Origin: a bacterium | Lineage (GTDB): Bacteria > Patescibacteriota > Minisyncoccia > UBA6257 > JAGOQP01 | Assembly: GCA_021780155.1 (NCBI GenBank) | Contig: JAJXZH010000032.1 | Coordinates: 8,889-72,888 of the forward strand | Direction of reading: 5' to 3' | DNA length: 64,000 nucleotides | Shown here: piece after piece, positions 26,891 to 36,213 of the stretch | Numbering within the stretch: the first letter of the stretch is position 1 | How the letters are laid out: every line of letters begins with the position of its first letter | Notes under the pieces: model-generated | Database searches by the model: none | The model's input: the letters and a program-made list of their open reading frames with translations, nothing else | What the model was told of the DNA's origin: nothing | Position numbers and translations under genes: made by a program

Positions 26891-27463
26891 ATGCCTGATA
26901 ACATTAATTCAACTGTTGGAAGAGCGAGAGCGGCCGGAATGCCTTCAACCGGATTTCCTTGGCGACTTTTGGTTGTTTCCATTATTATCTTCGGATTGAT
27001 GATTTTAATTTGGGCAGGAATTTCTTTTGGATATATTCCTTATTTAAATTCTCAAATCAGTTCGATTGATTCGGCATTCAACAGCTTGTCATCGCAGATA
27101 GACACAAATCAACAAAAAGATCTCGCTCAATTTTATTCGCAACTTTATAATATTCAGACATTATCAAACACCCACTCCTATTCTTCGAAGCTGTTTGATT
27201 TTTTGGAAAAAGATATTTATCCAACGGTTAAAATCAATAACGCGCAAGTGGATATGAGTTCGGGAAGTCTTTCTATTGACGGGACTGCCACGGATTATGC
27301 CACCTTAATAAATCAATTGGCGATTTTGAAAGCCGACCCGGATATCGCTTCCGTTTCTTTGGATTCTTCAAAACAAAATTCATCCAAGGAAGGTAACGGA
27401 GTTTTGTTCTCTATAAAATTGATTTTTAATGGAAAGTTTTTTTATCAACCGCCAAAACAATAA
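26891..27463 (+). CDS. pilN: PilN-like pilus assembly protein
   Basis: Single TM helix plus periplasmic domain, immediately after pilM. ATG at 26891 is in frame with the track ORF. Confidence 0.6.
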   Translation: MPDNINSTVGRARAAGMPSTGFPWRLLVVSIIIFGLMILIWAGISFGYIPYLNSQISSIDSAFNSLSSQIDTNQQKDLAQFYSQLYNIQTLSNTHSYSSKLFDFLEKDIYPTVKINNAQVDMSSGSLSIDGTATDYATLINQLAILKADPDIASVSLDSSKQNSSKEGNGVLFSIKLIFNGKFFYQPPKQ

Positions 27464-27476
27464 TTTTAAATAATTT

Positions 27477-28043
27477 ATGAAACCGACTTCAAAAAGAATT
27501 TTATTTATATTGCTGACGATGTTATTTCTGATTGCCTCAGTGGTGGTTTATTCGTCTTTTATTCAGAGCGCTTATAGCCAGGTAGTTTTGTTGAGAGGGC
27601 AACTAGCTTCAAAACAAAGCAATTATCAACAATTGAGTCAGACAATTTCTCAAATAAAATCATTAATTGATAAATTTCAGAGTCAATCTGCCGATCGCAG
27701 TAAAATTTCCCTGATCCTTCCATTATCAAAAGACCCGAGTTATTTATTGAGTCAAATTATTGGGCTATCCCAAATAAATGGAGTTTCCGTATCTTCGGTT
27801 GGAACTCAAATTCTTCCGATTCAGCCATCGCAGTCAAATATTATTAAAGGCATAGGGCAAATCAAAGCTGATGTTGCTCTTTCGGGAAGCTATGCTTCTT
27901 TTAAGGCCTTTTTGAGACAATTGGAAACAAATATTTTGATTCTGGATGTGAGCAATCTGAAACTATCTTCTTCACAACAATCGGGGAGCGCTCCTACTTT
28001 AAATTACAACATTTCCTTGACCAGTTATTATCAATCCAATTAA
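27477..28043 (+). CDS. pilO: PilO-like pilus assembly protein
   Basis: N-terminal TM helix and coiled coil; position within the pilMNO triad. Confidence 0.55.
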   Translation: MKPTSKRILFILLTMLFLIASVVVYSSFIQSAYSQVVLLRGQLASKQSNYQQLSQTISQIKSLIDKFQSQSADRSKISLILPLSKDPSYLLSQIIGLSQINGVSVSSVGTQILPIQPSQSNIIKGIGQIKADVALSGSYASFKAFLRQLETNILILDVSNLKLSSSQQSGSAPTLNYNISLTSYYQSN

Positions 28044-28059
28044 TCAATTTAAATAAAAT

Positions 28060-28353
28060 ATGGCAATTTTTATAGAAGAAGAAAAAAATAATGGAGGATG
28101 GTTTGGATTCGGGGTTGTTGCGATTGTTTTGATAATAGTGGCGGTTGCTATCTATTATTTGTTTTTTGTTTCTCCGGAATTGATAAGTGTGGTCATTCCT
28201 CCAAACCTTCAGGTTATAAACGATGTTAAACAACTTTCCAGTTTTGACCCAAATACGGTTTTAAATAGCGCTTTTTATAACAGCTTAAAGTCGGTAGTTA
28301 GTCCTCCAAATCCGCCACCGCCGGGCAATGCCACTCCTTTTGGAGTTTTCTGA
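28060..28353 (+). CDS. Small membrane protein inside the pilus cluster, hypothetical
   Basis: One TM helix; Pro-rich C-terminus. Confidence 0.4.
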   Translation: MAIFIEEEKNNGGWFGFGVVAIVLIIVAVAIYYLFFVSPELISVVIPPNLQVINDVKQLSSFDPNTVLNSAFYNSLKSVVSPPNPPPPGNATPFGVF

Positions 28354-28416
28354 TTTTTAATTAATAAACCGCAAGTCGCATTCTTAATAAAAATTAAAGT
28401 TTAAAAATATCGGCAA

Positions 28417-30156
28417 ATGGAAAATAAAATTTTAATAGATAAATTGATTTCGGCCGGATTTTTAACTCAGGACAATGGACAGAAGCTTCTTCAGGAGGCT
28501 TCTTTTGCCAAACGACCGGTTGAGGATTTAATCTATGAAAGAAGAATTGTTCCGGAAGAATCTCTACTTGAAACCAAAAGTAAAATTTTGAATGTTCCTT
28601 ATAAAAATGTAGATGTTGCGTCGATCGGCGATAATTTGATTAAAATTGTTCCCGAAATGACGGTTAGAAATTTCAGAGTGGTTCCGATGGAATTGAAAGA
28701 CGATTTGCTTATTGTTGGGATGGTCAACCCGGATGATTCAAGAGCTCAGGATGCGCTTAAATTTATCGCTCGACAAGTTAAGGCCAATTTGGGAATTTAT
28801 TTAATTCCGATGTCTTTATGGGAAGCGGTTTTGAGAAAATATTCTCCTTATCGTAGCGAAGTGGAAGAAGCGGTTAAATCTATTTCTTCGGTGAGTATTA
28901 AAAAAATGTCTTCCGGCCAGCAAATTGTTCAACTGGAAGCGGGACAATCGGCGGGAGAAGATGCGCCAATTATTCGTATTGTGGCCTCAACCCTAAAAGA
29001 GGCGGTTTATCAGCGCTCTTCGGATATTCATATCGAACCGCAAAGAAACAGATTGAGAATCAGATTTCGTTTGGACGGAGAACTTCAAGAAGTGGCATCA
29101 ATGCCGATAGAGCTCTATCAACCGATAGTTTCCCGCATAAAAGTTTTGTCCAATTTAAAAATTGATGAAACCAGAATCCCTCAAGACGGAAGATTTAGAA
29201 CAATGCTTTTGGGACGAGATATAGATTTTCGTGTAGCGACATTTCCGACTCCGGTTGGTGAAAAAGTCGCTATTCGTGTTTTGGATCCAACGGTCGGACT
29301 TAAAGGATTGGAAGAGCTTGGTCTTTTGGGTAGGAATTTAACTATCATAAAAGACGGGATTCAAAAGCCATACGGAATGATTTTAATTACCGGACCAACC
29401 GGTTCCGGAAAATCAACCACTCTTTATGCATTAATGCAGGTTTTAAATAAAGAAGATGTAAATATTGTGAGCTTGGAGGACCCGGTTGAATATTATATGG
29501 ACGGACTCAATCAATCGCAGGTTCATCCGGAAATAGGATATGATTTTGCCTCAGGTCTAAGACAAATTTTGCGTCAGGACCCGGATATTATTATGGTTGG
29601 TGAAATTAGAGATAACGAGACGGCAGCGTTGGCGGTTCATGCCGCCTTGACTGGTCATATAGTTCTTTCGACTTTACATACCAACAATGCCGCCGGTGTT
29701 ATTCCGAGGTTGATAGATATGAAGGTTGACGAATTTTTGTTGCCGGCCTCGCTAAACTTGATGGTTGGTCAAAGATTGGTTCCGCGTCTTTGTCAGCAGT
29801 GTAAGAGAGAAAAAGAAATGACTTCTGAATTGAAGGAAATAGTAGAAAGCGTTGTCTCCGAAATGGGTCCTTCGGATTTGAAAGATTTTGGGATTTCTCC
29901 TCCTTATAAAATTTACGAATCACCGGGATGTTCGGCTTGCAACAATAAAGGTGTTTCCGGAAGAGTGGCGATGTTTGAAGTGTTAAAAATGACTTCCGAA
30001 TTGGCGGAAATAGTCGATAAAAAAGGAACAGAAGGAGATATTGTTAATGAAGCAAAAAGGCAAAAAATGATAACTCTAAGACAGGATGGAATAGTTAAAG
30101 CGCTTAAAGGACTTGTGTCGCTTGAAGTTGTTTTGAGAGAAACCGAAGAGCTGTGA
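28417..30156 (+). CDS. pilB: Type IV pilus assembly ATPase PilB (GspE family)
   Basis: Walker A GPTGSGKSTT, Asp/His boxes and tetracysteine CSAC...C. Confidence 0.85.
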   Translation: MENKILIDKLISAGFLTQDNGQKLLQEASFAKRPVEDLIYERRIVPEESLLETKSKILNVPYKNVDVASIGDNLIKIVPEMTVRNFRVVPMELKDDLLIVGMVNPDDSRAQDALKFIARQVKANLGIYLIPMSLWEAVLRKYSPYRSEVEEAVKSISSVSIKKMSSGQQIVQLEAGQSAGEDAPIIRIVASTLKEAVYQRSSDIHIEPQRNRLRIRFRLDGELQEVASMPIELYQPIVSRIKVLSNLKIDETRIPQDGRFRTMLLGRDIDFRVATFPTPVGEKVAIRVLDPTVGLKGLEELGLLGRNLTIIKDGIQKPYGMILITGPTGSGKSTTLYALMQVLNKEDVNIVSLEDPVEYYMDGLNQSQVHPEIGYDFASGLRQILRQDPDIIMVGEIRDNETAALAVHAALTGHIVLSTLHTNNAAGVIPRLIDMKVDEFLLPASLNLMVGQRLVPRLCQQCKREKEMTSELKEIVESVVSEMGPSDLKDFGISPPYKIYESPGCSACNNKGVSGRVAMFEVLKMTSELAEIVDKKGTEGDIVNEAKRQKMITLRQDGIVKALKGLVSLEVVLRETEEL

Positions 30157-30230
30157 GTTTCTGTTTTTATTGAAGTTTAAAATGCTCCACCTTTTTTGAA
30201 TTAAAAAACATAATAGGATATAATATAAAT

Positions 30231-31301
30231 ATGATTGACTACAAACAAAAACTAAATGATTTGCTTTTAATGTGCGCCAAACAGGACGCTTCCGATTTGC
30301 ACATTGCCGTTGGAAGGCATCCAACTTTAAGAATTGATGGCGCGCTGGTTCCTTTGACTAAAGAATCTATTTTAACTCCTCAAGACGCCGAGGGATTGGT
30401 TGGCGCCATTTTAACCGAACCCCAAAAAGGGGAATTGTCTTTAAAAAAACAAGTTGACTTTTCATACACCTTTGAAGACAAGGCGCGTTTCAGAGTTAAT
30501 GCTTATTATCAAAGAGGATTTATGGCGATGGCTTTGCGCTTGATCCCGGCGAAAGTAAAAACTATTGAGGAATTGAGATTGCCTCCCATAGTCCACGATT
30601 TTTCTTCCATATCACAGGGGTTTGTTTTAGTTGTCGGTCCCGCCGGCCATGGAAAATCAACCACCTTGGCGGCAATTATCGACGAAATCAATCACAATAG
30701 AACCGATCACATTATCACTATTGAAGATCCAATAGAATATCTTTTTTTGCAGGATAAAAGTATTGTTTCTCAAAGAGAGGTAAAAATAGACACTGTTGAT
30801 TTTTCTGATGCTTTAAGATCGCTTTTAAGGCAAGACCCGGATGTGGTCATGATAGGAGAAATGAGAGATACCGAATCAATTTCAACTGCGCTTACCGCCG
30901 CCGAAACCGGACACTTGGTGCTTGCCACCCTACACACCAATTCGGCTTCGCAAACAATAGACCGTATCATTGATAGTTTTTCGGCAGAACAGCAAAGTCA
31001 GGTTGCTTCTCAGCTTTCGGCGGTGCTAGTGGGAATAGTTTCCGAGCGTCTTATCCCCAGAATTGATGGCGGAAGAATTCCGGCCTGTGAAATTATGATA
31101 GCCAATCCGGCTATAAGAAATTTGATTCGCGAGAGAAAAACTTATCAGATAGATTTGGTTATTGAAACCAATTCTCAAGAGGGAATGATAACCTTGAATC
31201 GTTCACTTGCCGATTTGGTAAAAAGAAGAGAAATAAGTTTGGAAAATGCGGAAACATATTCTCTAAATCCATCGGAATTGAGAATTTTGTTGGAAAAATA
31301 A
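30231..31301 (+). CDS. pilT: Twitching motility retraction ATPase PilT
   Basis: Walker A GPAGHGKSTT; PilT-size protein (356 aa); AIRNLIRE motif. Confidence 0.85.
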   Translation: MIDYKQKLNDLLLMCAKQDASDLHIAVGRHPTLRIDGALVPLTKESILTPQDAEGLVGAILTEPQKGELSLKKQVDFSYTFEDKARFRVNAYYQRGFMAMALRLIPAKVKTIEELRLPPIVHDFSSISQGFVLVVGPAGHGKSTTLAAIIDEINHNRTDHIITIEDPIEYLFLQDKSIVSQREVKIDTVDFSDALRSLLRQDPDVVMIGEMRDTESISTALTAAETGHLVLATLHTNSASQTIDRIIDSFSAEQQSQVASQLSAVLVGIVSERLIPRIDGGRIPACEIMIANPAIRNLIRERKTYQIDLVIETNSQEGMITLNRSLADLVKRREISLENAETYSLNPSELRILLEK

Positions 31302-31346
31302 TTTTAATTTTTGTTTTTACGGTAAATATTAATTGGCTGAAGAATT

Positions 31347-32561
31347 ATGAAATTCAAATATCAAGCAAGAAATAAAACAGGAGAGCTTCAGGTAGGGTTT
31401 GTGGAGGGACCAAGCAAAGACGTTGCCATAAACACGCTCACTTCTCATGAGCTTTTTGTCTTGAGTTTGGAGTTAGCCGAAAGAAAAAGCCCTTTTGACA
31501 GCATTTTGGGTTTTTTTAACAGAGTCAAAACAAAGGATTTGATGGTTTTTACCAGACAGCTGGCGACAATGCTTGAATCCGAAATGCCCCTAAACAGCGC
31601 TTTGCAATCTCTCTACCAGCAAACTCCCAAAGTTGCTTTAAAAGAAGCTGTCTTTGAAATTTTGCAGGATGTTGAAGCCGGACTTTCTTTATCGCAAGCC
31701 CTTGAAAGACAGCAGCCAATTTTTTCCGATTTTTATGTAAGCATGGTACGCTCAGCGGAAGTAACCGGACGACTTGAAGAATCAATGATATTTTTGGCAA
31801 GTTATATAGAAAAAGAGGCCAACTGGAAAGGCAAGATTTCAACGGCAATGATTTATCCGGCAGTTTTGATAACGATGTTTGTCGTTGTTGCCGGCGTAAT
31901 GGTGGCGTTTGTTTTCCCAAAAATCGGTCCGGTTTTTCAAGATTCGGGAGTTCAACTCCCTTGGATGACTCAGGCGCTTCTTGTTGCCGGTTCGTTTTTA
32001 ACCAATTGGTGGTGGTTGGCGATAATGCTTATTGCCGGAATCGCTTTTATCGTTATTGATTATTTTAAAAGCCAGGAAGGGAAAGCGGTTGGCAATCAAT
32101 TAGTTTTAATTGTTCCGGTTTTTGGAGAACTTTTTAGGAAAATTTATATTGCCCGATTTTCTCAATCTTTGAGCGTCTTGATTAAAGGAGGAATTCCCAT
32201 TACTCAAGCGATTGAAATTGCTTCTTCCACTATCGGTAATGTGGTTTATGAAGAAATTTTAAAAGACATCGCCGAAGGAGTCAGAGAGGGGGCTTTGCTT
32301 TCCAATTTGCTTTCTTCTTATCCCAAATATTTTCCTTTGATGGTGGGACAGATGGCGGCGGTTGGAGAAAGCACCGGAAGGGTTGATGAAATGATGAGCA
32401 AAATATCCGATTTTTATGATAATGAAGTCAATGACATGATGGCAAACTTGTCCGAGCTTATTCAGCCGATATTAATTTTGATTATTGGAGTTTTAATCGG
32501 GCTTTTGTTTGCCGCTATCTTGCTTCCAATTTACAATCTGGCGCAGTCGTTTAAGATTTAA
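31347..32561 (+). CDS. pilC: Type IV pilus inner-membrane platform protein PilC (GspF family)
   Basis: Duplicated GspF domains; about 400 aa with three TM helices. Confidence 0.8.
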   Translation: MKFKYQARNKTGELQVGFVEGPSKDVAINTLTSHELFVLSLELAERKSPFDSILGFFNRVKTKDLMVFTRQLATMLESEMPLNSALQSLYQQTPKVALKEAVFEILQDVEAGLSLSQALERQQPIFSDFYVSMVRSAEVTGRLEESMIFLASYIEKEANWKGKISTAMIYPAVLITMFVVVAGVMVAFVFPKIGPVFQDSGVQLPWMTQALLVAGSFLTNWWWLAIMLIAGIAFIVIDYFKSQEGKAVGNQLVLIVPVFGELFRKIYIARFSQSLSVLIKGGIPITQAIEIASSTIGNVVYEEILKDIAEGVREGALLSNLLSSYPKYFPLMVGQMAAVGESTGRVDEMMSKISDFYDNEVNDMMANLSELIQPILILIIGVLIGLLFAAILLPIYNLAQSFKI

Positions 32562-32676
32562 AAAGATAAAAAATCTGATATAATAACAAATATATTTTTA
32601 AGGTCGATTGGCAAGTTGAAAACAATATTTTTGGTCTTTTTAAAAAAAAATTAAAAAAATAATTAAATAAAAAAAT

Positions 32677-33189
32677 ATGGAAAAAAATATTTTCAAAAAA
32701 AGTTCGGGTTTTACCTTAATTGAAATGCTTATCGTGGTTGCTATTATTGCCGTTTTGGCTTCAATTTTTTTGGTGGGGTTAAGCGGTTTTAGAGGAGCGG
32801 CAAACGATTCAAGAAGATTGTCCGATTTACAAAAAGTTCAAAGCTATCTTGAGTTGTATTACAATAAGAATGGTAAATATCCGGTGGCAGCTACTTGGAC
32901 TGATTTAGGCACCGCCTTGGGAACAGCCAGTATTGGAGTTAATGTTATTCCTAGCGATCCGGTATCTGGTCAAAGTTATTATTATATATATAATCCCCCC
33001 AGTAGCCCTCAACAATATGTGATGGCGGCTATTCTCTCTGATGCAACATCAAAATCTGTTACAGATGAAAATGGATCAAAGCTAGACGTCACATTTAGTG
33101 GCTGGGGAGGAGCTTTTCCTACTTCCAATTGCGGTCATGCTTCTACGGCTCCAATAGGTGGTGTTTATTGCGTTTCGTCCGGATTTTAA
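32677..33189 (+). CDS. Type IV pilin (major pilin candidate)
   Basis: Prepilin leader ending at G|FTLIEMLIVVAIIAVLASI, the class III signal. Confidence 0.75.
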   Translation: MEKNIFKKSSGFTLIEMLIVVAIIAVLASIFLVGLSGFRGAANDSRRLSDLQKVQSYLELYYNKNGKYPVAATWTDLGTALGTASIGVNVIPSDPVSGQSYYYIYNPPSSPQQYVMAAILSDATSKSVTDENGSKLDVTFSGWGGAFPTSNCGHASTAPIGGVYCVSSGF

Positions 33190-33198
33190 TTTAAAAGT

Positions 33199-34086
33199 AT
33201 GAGCACATATTTGGAAATTGGCTTGTTTTTGCTTGGTCTTGCTTTTGGGAGTTTTTTGAATGTCGTGACTTTGCGCTACTCTCCGGAAGAGGGCTTTTAT
33301 CACAAGAAACATTATTCGGGCAGGTCGCGCTGTCTTTATTGCCAAAGAAATCTTTCGTGGTATGAGATGATTCCGTTGTTTAGTTATCTTTTTTTGAAAG
33401 GGAAATGTCATTCTTGCCAATCGAAATTAACCGTTCAATATCCTTTAGTGGAGCTTGTTTCGGGTTTAATTTTTGTTTTTGTTCCGATTATTTTGCGCGG
33501 ATTATTTTTGTCTTTGTCGCCCAATGTTTTGGTTTTAATTGCAACCTCTTCAATTATTTGGATAACGGCTTTTATGTTTATGCTGGCAATGCTGGTTATA
33601 GATTGGAGGCATTATGTTATTCCCAATTCCGTGAGCTTGACATTGTTTATAGTGGCTTTGATTTGGATTGTTGTTGGTCAGTATAATGGAGCTTTCAGTA
33701 GTATTTATGGGTCATCCTTTTTGAAGCAGTTTGCCGCTATTTTTCCTCAATTTTCTTTCCAGATTTTAAATCATCTGACCGGAGCTTTGCTCGGACTCTT
33801 GTTTTTCTTGGCAATATTTGTGTTTTCCAAAGGCAGAGCAATGGGAATGGGAGATGTTAAATTGATGGGAGTTTTGGGGCTCTTGTTCGGATGGCCGGAT
33901 ATTTTAGTCGTTATGCTTTTGTCGTTTATTATTGGAGCTTTAACTTCGGTTTTTTTGATGCTTCGCGGTAAAAAGAAAATAACCGACAAAATTCCATTTG
34001 GGCCGTTTATTGTCATCTCGGCGGCAATAGTTTTCTTCTTTGGGGCTGGATTAATGAGTGCTTATTTTGGTATAATTGGAGCGTGA
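33199..34086 (+). CDS. pilD: Prepilin peptidase PilD (A24 family)
   Basis: N-terminal Cys cluster plus catalytic MGMGDVKLMG region. Confidence 0.8.
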   Translation: MSTYLEIGLFLLGLAFGSFLNVVTLRYSPEEGFYHKKHYSGRSRCLYCQRNLSWYEMIPLFSYLFLKGKCHSCQSKLTVQYPLVELVSGLIFVFVPIILRGLFLSLSPNVLVLIATSSIIWITAFMFMLAMLVIDWRHYVIPNSVSLTLFIVALIWIVVGQYNGAFSSIYGSSFLKQFAAIFPQFSFQILNHLTGALLGLLFFLAIFVFSKGRAMGMGDVKLMGVLGLLFGWPDILVVMLLSFIIGALTSVFLMLRGKKKITDKIPFGPFIVISAAIVFFFGAGLMSAYFGIIGA

Positions 34087-34670
34087 AGTTTCCAATAAAA
34101 AAATTAAATATTATTTTTGAATCGAAGGGATTTACATTGGTTGAATTATTGGTAACCGTTTCGTTGATGGCGGTTTTTGTTACTTTTGCTTTGGGTTATA
34201 ACAGAACTGCCGACCAGCAATTATCTTTGTTTAGGGAAGAGGGAAAATTTGTTAATGAAATTTATAAAGCCCGCTCTTTGGCAATTACCACATTTAATAG
34301 AACCGGAAAATCAGTTGATGTTCCTTGCGGGTACGGAATCCACATAGCGTCTTCGACTGCCGTAACTCTTTTCAAAGATTTGCCTGATATTTCCGGAAAT
34401 TGTAAGACTTACACTCAACCGGCTTTAAATATTTATTCACCAAATAGCGGAGAAGACGTTGAAACAATCTCTTTGAATAAAATTTATATTTCTTATGCTG
34501 GTAGCAGTGATTTTTCATTAAACTCGGTTGATTTTCTATTCGTTCCTCCCGATCCATCGGTTTATTCGAATAAAGATTTTCCGATAAATCTTCAATTAAC
34601 TTCTCCGGCGCTTCCAACCTCTCCTATTTCTATTACTATAAATCAATTTGGTCAGGTCTCAATTCAATAA
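34083..34670 (+). CDS. Minor pilin (prepilin-type N-terminal domain)
   Basis: KGFTLVELLVTVSLMAVFV leader. Confidence 0.65.
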   Translation: MKFPIKKLNIIFESKGFTLVELLVTVSLMAVFVTFALGYNRTADQQLSLFREEGKFVNEIYKARSLAITTFNRTGKSVDVPCGYGIHIASSTAVTLFKDLPDISGNCKTYTQPALNIYSPNSGEDVETISLNKIYISYAGSSDFSLNSVDFLFVPPDPSVYSNKDFPINLQLTSPALPTSPISITINQFGQVSIQ

Positions 34671-34679
34671 ATAACATTT

Positions 34680-35207
34680 ATGAATTTATTTAAAGAAAAC
34701 TCAGGACAGGTATTGGTGGAAACAATGGTTGCTTTAACGATGGTTACAATCGGTCTTTTGGGAATTTTGAGTTTACTTTCTTATTCTATTGGATTAAACA
34801 AAGTTATTTCCGACCAATATGTTGCCTCTTATCTTGCCGCTGAGGGAATAGAACTCGTTAAAAATATAATAGACAACAACGTTGCCTCCGGAATAGGTGC
34901 TTATAATTCAGGATTGAGCTCCGTTGGAAACTATACTGCCGATTATAAAAGCAATTTTCTTACTCCGCTTGATGTAACCAACAGTGTCCCGTTGAGTTTT
35001 GATAACTGTTCTTCTGGGACAATGAGATATACATATAGTCCAAGTTGTGGCAATGCCGCCGTAAAGACGTTTTTTTATAGAACCATAAATATTTCTTACT
35101 ACGACGCAGATGAGATGATAGTTAAATCAACGATTGATTGGACCAGCAGAGGGGGGCTTACCAATGAGATTGTTTTAGAAGATCATTTTTATAATTGGCG
35201 TCAATAA
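34680..35207 (+). CDS. Minor pilin-like protein
   Basis: GQVLVETMVALTMV prepilin-like N-terminus. Confidence 0.55.
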   Translation: MNLFKENSGQVLVETMVALTMVTIGLLGILSLLSYSIGLNKVISDQYVASYLAAEGIELVKNIIDNNVASGIGAYNSGLSSVGNYTADYKSNFLTPLDVTNSVPLSFDNCSSGTMRYTYSPSCGNAAVKTFFYRTINISYYDADEMIVKSTIDWTSRGGLTNEIVLEDHFYNWRQ

Positions 35208-35215
35208 AATAAAAA

Positions 35216-35770
35216 ATGAAATTTAATGAGTTTGTAAAATTTAAAAGTCAGGACGGACAGTCGTTGGTTGAAATGCTTATCGCAATGAGTATTTTTGTGA
35301 TATTTATAGTTATCGCCGTTGGGGGATTTCTTCAAGCGATGGCAAACCAAAGGATTGTTTTAAAACTCAGCGCCGCGACCGATAATATGAGTTTTACTTT
35401 GGAACAAATGATGAGGGAAATGAGAGTGGGTAGCAATTTTTCTGTTTCTCCAGATGGCTCCAAGATTAGTTTTAACGGCTATGACGAAAACGGCAACCAA
35501 GAAGATATAGATTATGCTCTTAATAGCCTCACCGGAGCAGTCGATAGAACTTTTTCTATTCCCAATCCCGTAGTTGGCAGTATTGTTAATCCAACAACCG
35601 CTCCAATGACCGCCGATAATGTGACTGTAAGTTATTTTAACGTTATTAAATCTCAGCCCCATAATCCGGGACCGACGCTGATTAATATTGTGGTGGGAAT
35701 TACCGCTTCTGATAGAGGAGTTTCCATTACTAATTATATTCAAACAAGTGTAAGTTCGAGGGTATTTTAA
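35216..35770 (+). CDS. Minor pilin-like protein
   Basis: GQSLVEMLIAMSIFVIF prepilin-like N-terminus. Confidence 0.55.
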   Translation: MKFNEFVKFKSQDGQSLVEMLIAMSIFVIFIVIAVGGFLQAMANQRIVLKLSAATDNMSFTLEQMMREMRVGSNFSVSPDGSKISFNGYDENGNQEDIDYALNSLTGAVDRTFSIPNPVVGSIVNPTTAPMTADNVTVSYFNVIKSQPHNPGPTLINIVVGITASDRGVSITNYIQTSVSSRVF

Positions 35771-35777
35771 ATAAAAA

Positions 35778-36179
35778 ATGAAAACAAAAAAAATAAAAAT
35801 AAATAATAACTTTCAATCAGGACAGGCGATGTTGATTGTAGTTTTAATATTAGGAGCGACAATGCTTGGAGTAACCACTGTTGTCGGCTACATTTCTCTT
35901 CAAAAAATAAAAAATGTCGCCAACATTACCGACTCAACCAAGGCCATTTACGCCGCCGATTCGGGAGTGGAGTGGTGTTTTTATAATAAATTCAGTTCCA
36001 ATGGTACTTCAACTTTTAGTTGTGATGGAAGTTCTCCGACAACCGGCACAAGTAGTTTGTCTTTAAGCAATGGCGCTTCGGTTTCTGTTTCCAATGTTGG
36101 CCAAGAAATAAAATCAATTGGAACCGTCAATAATTCCTACAGAGCTTTCGGTATATTTTTAAATGAATTTAATCAATAA
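35778..36179 (+). CDS. Minor pilin-like protein (PilX-like)
   Basis: GQAMLIVVLILGATMLGV N-terminus. Confidence 0.5.
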   Translation: MKTKKIKINNNFQSGQAMLIVVLILGATMLGVTTVVGYISLQKIKNVANITDSTKAIYAADSGVEWCFYNKFSSNGTSTFSCDGSSPTTGTSSLSLSNGASVSVSNVGQEIKSIGTVNNSYRAFGIFLNEFNQ

Positions 36180-36213
36180 ATTCTTTTAAAAAACATAAAA
36201 TTTGATTTTTATT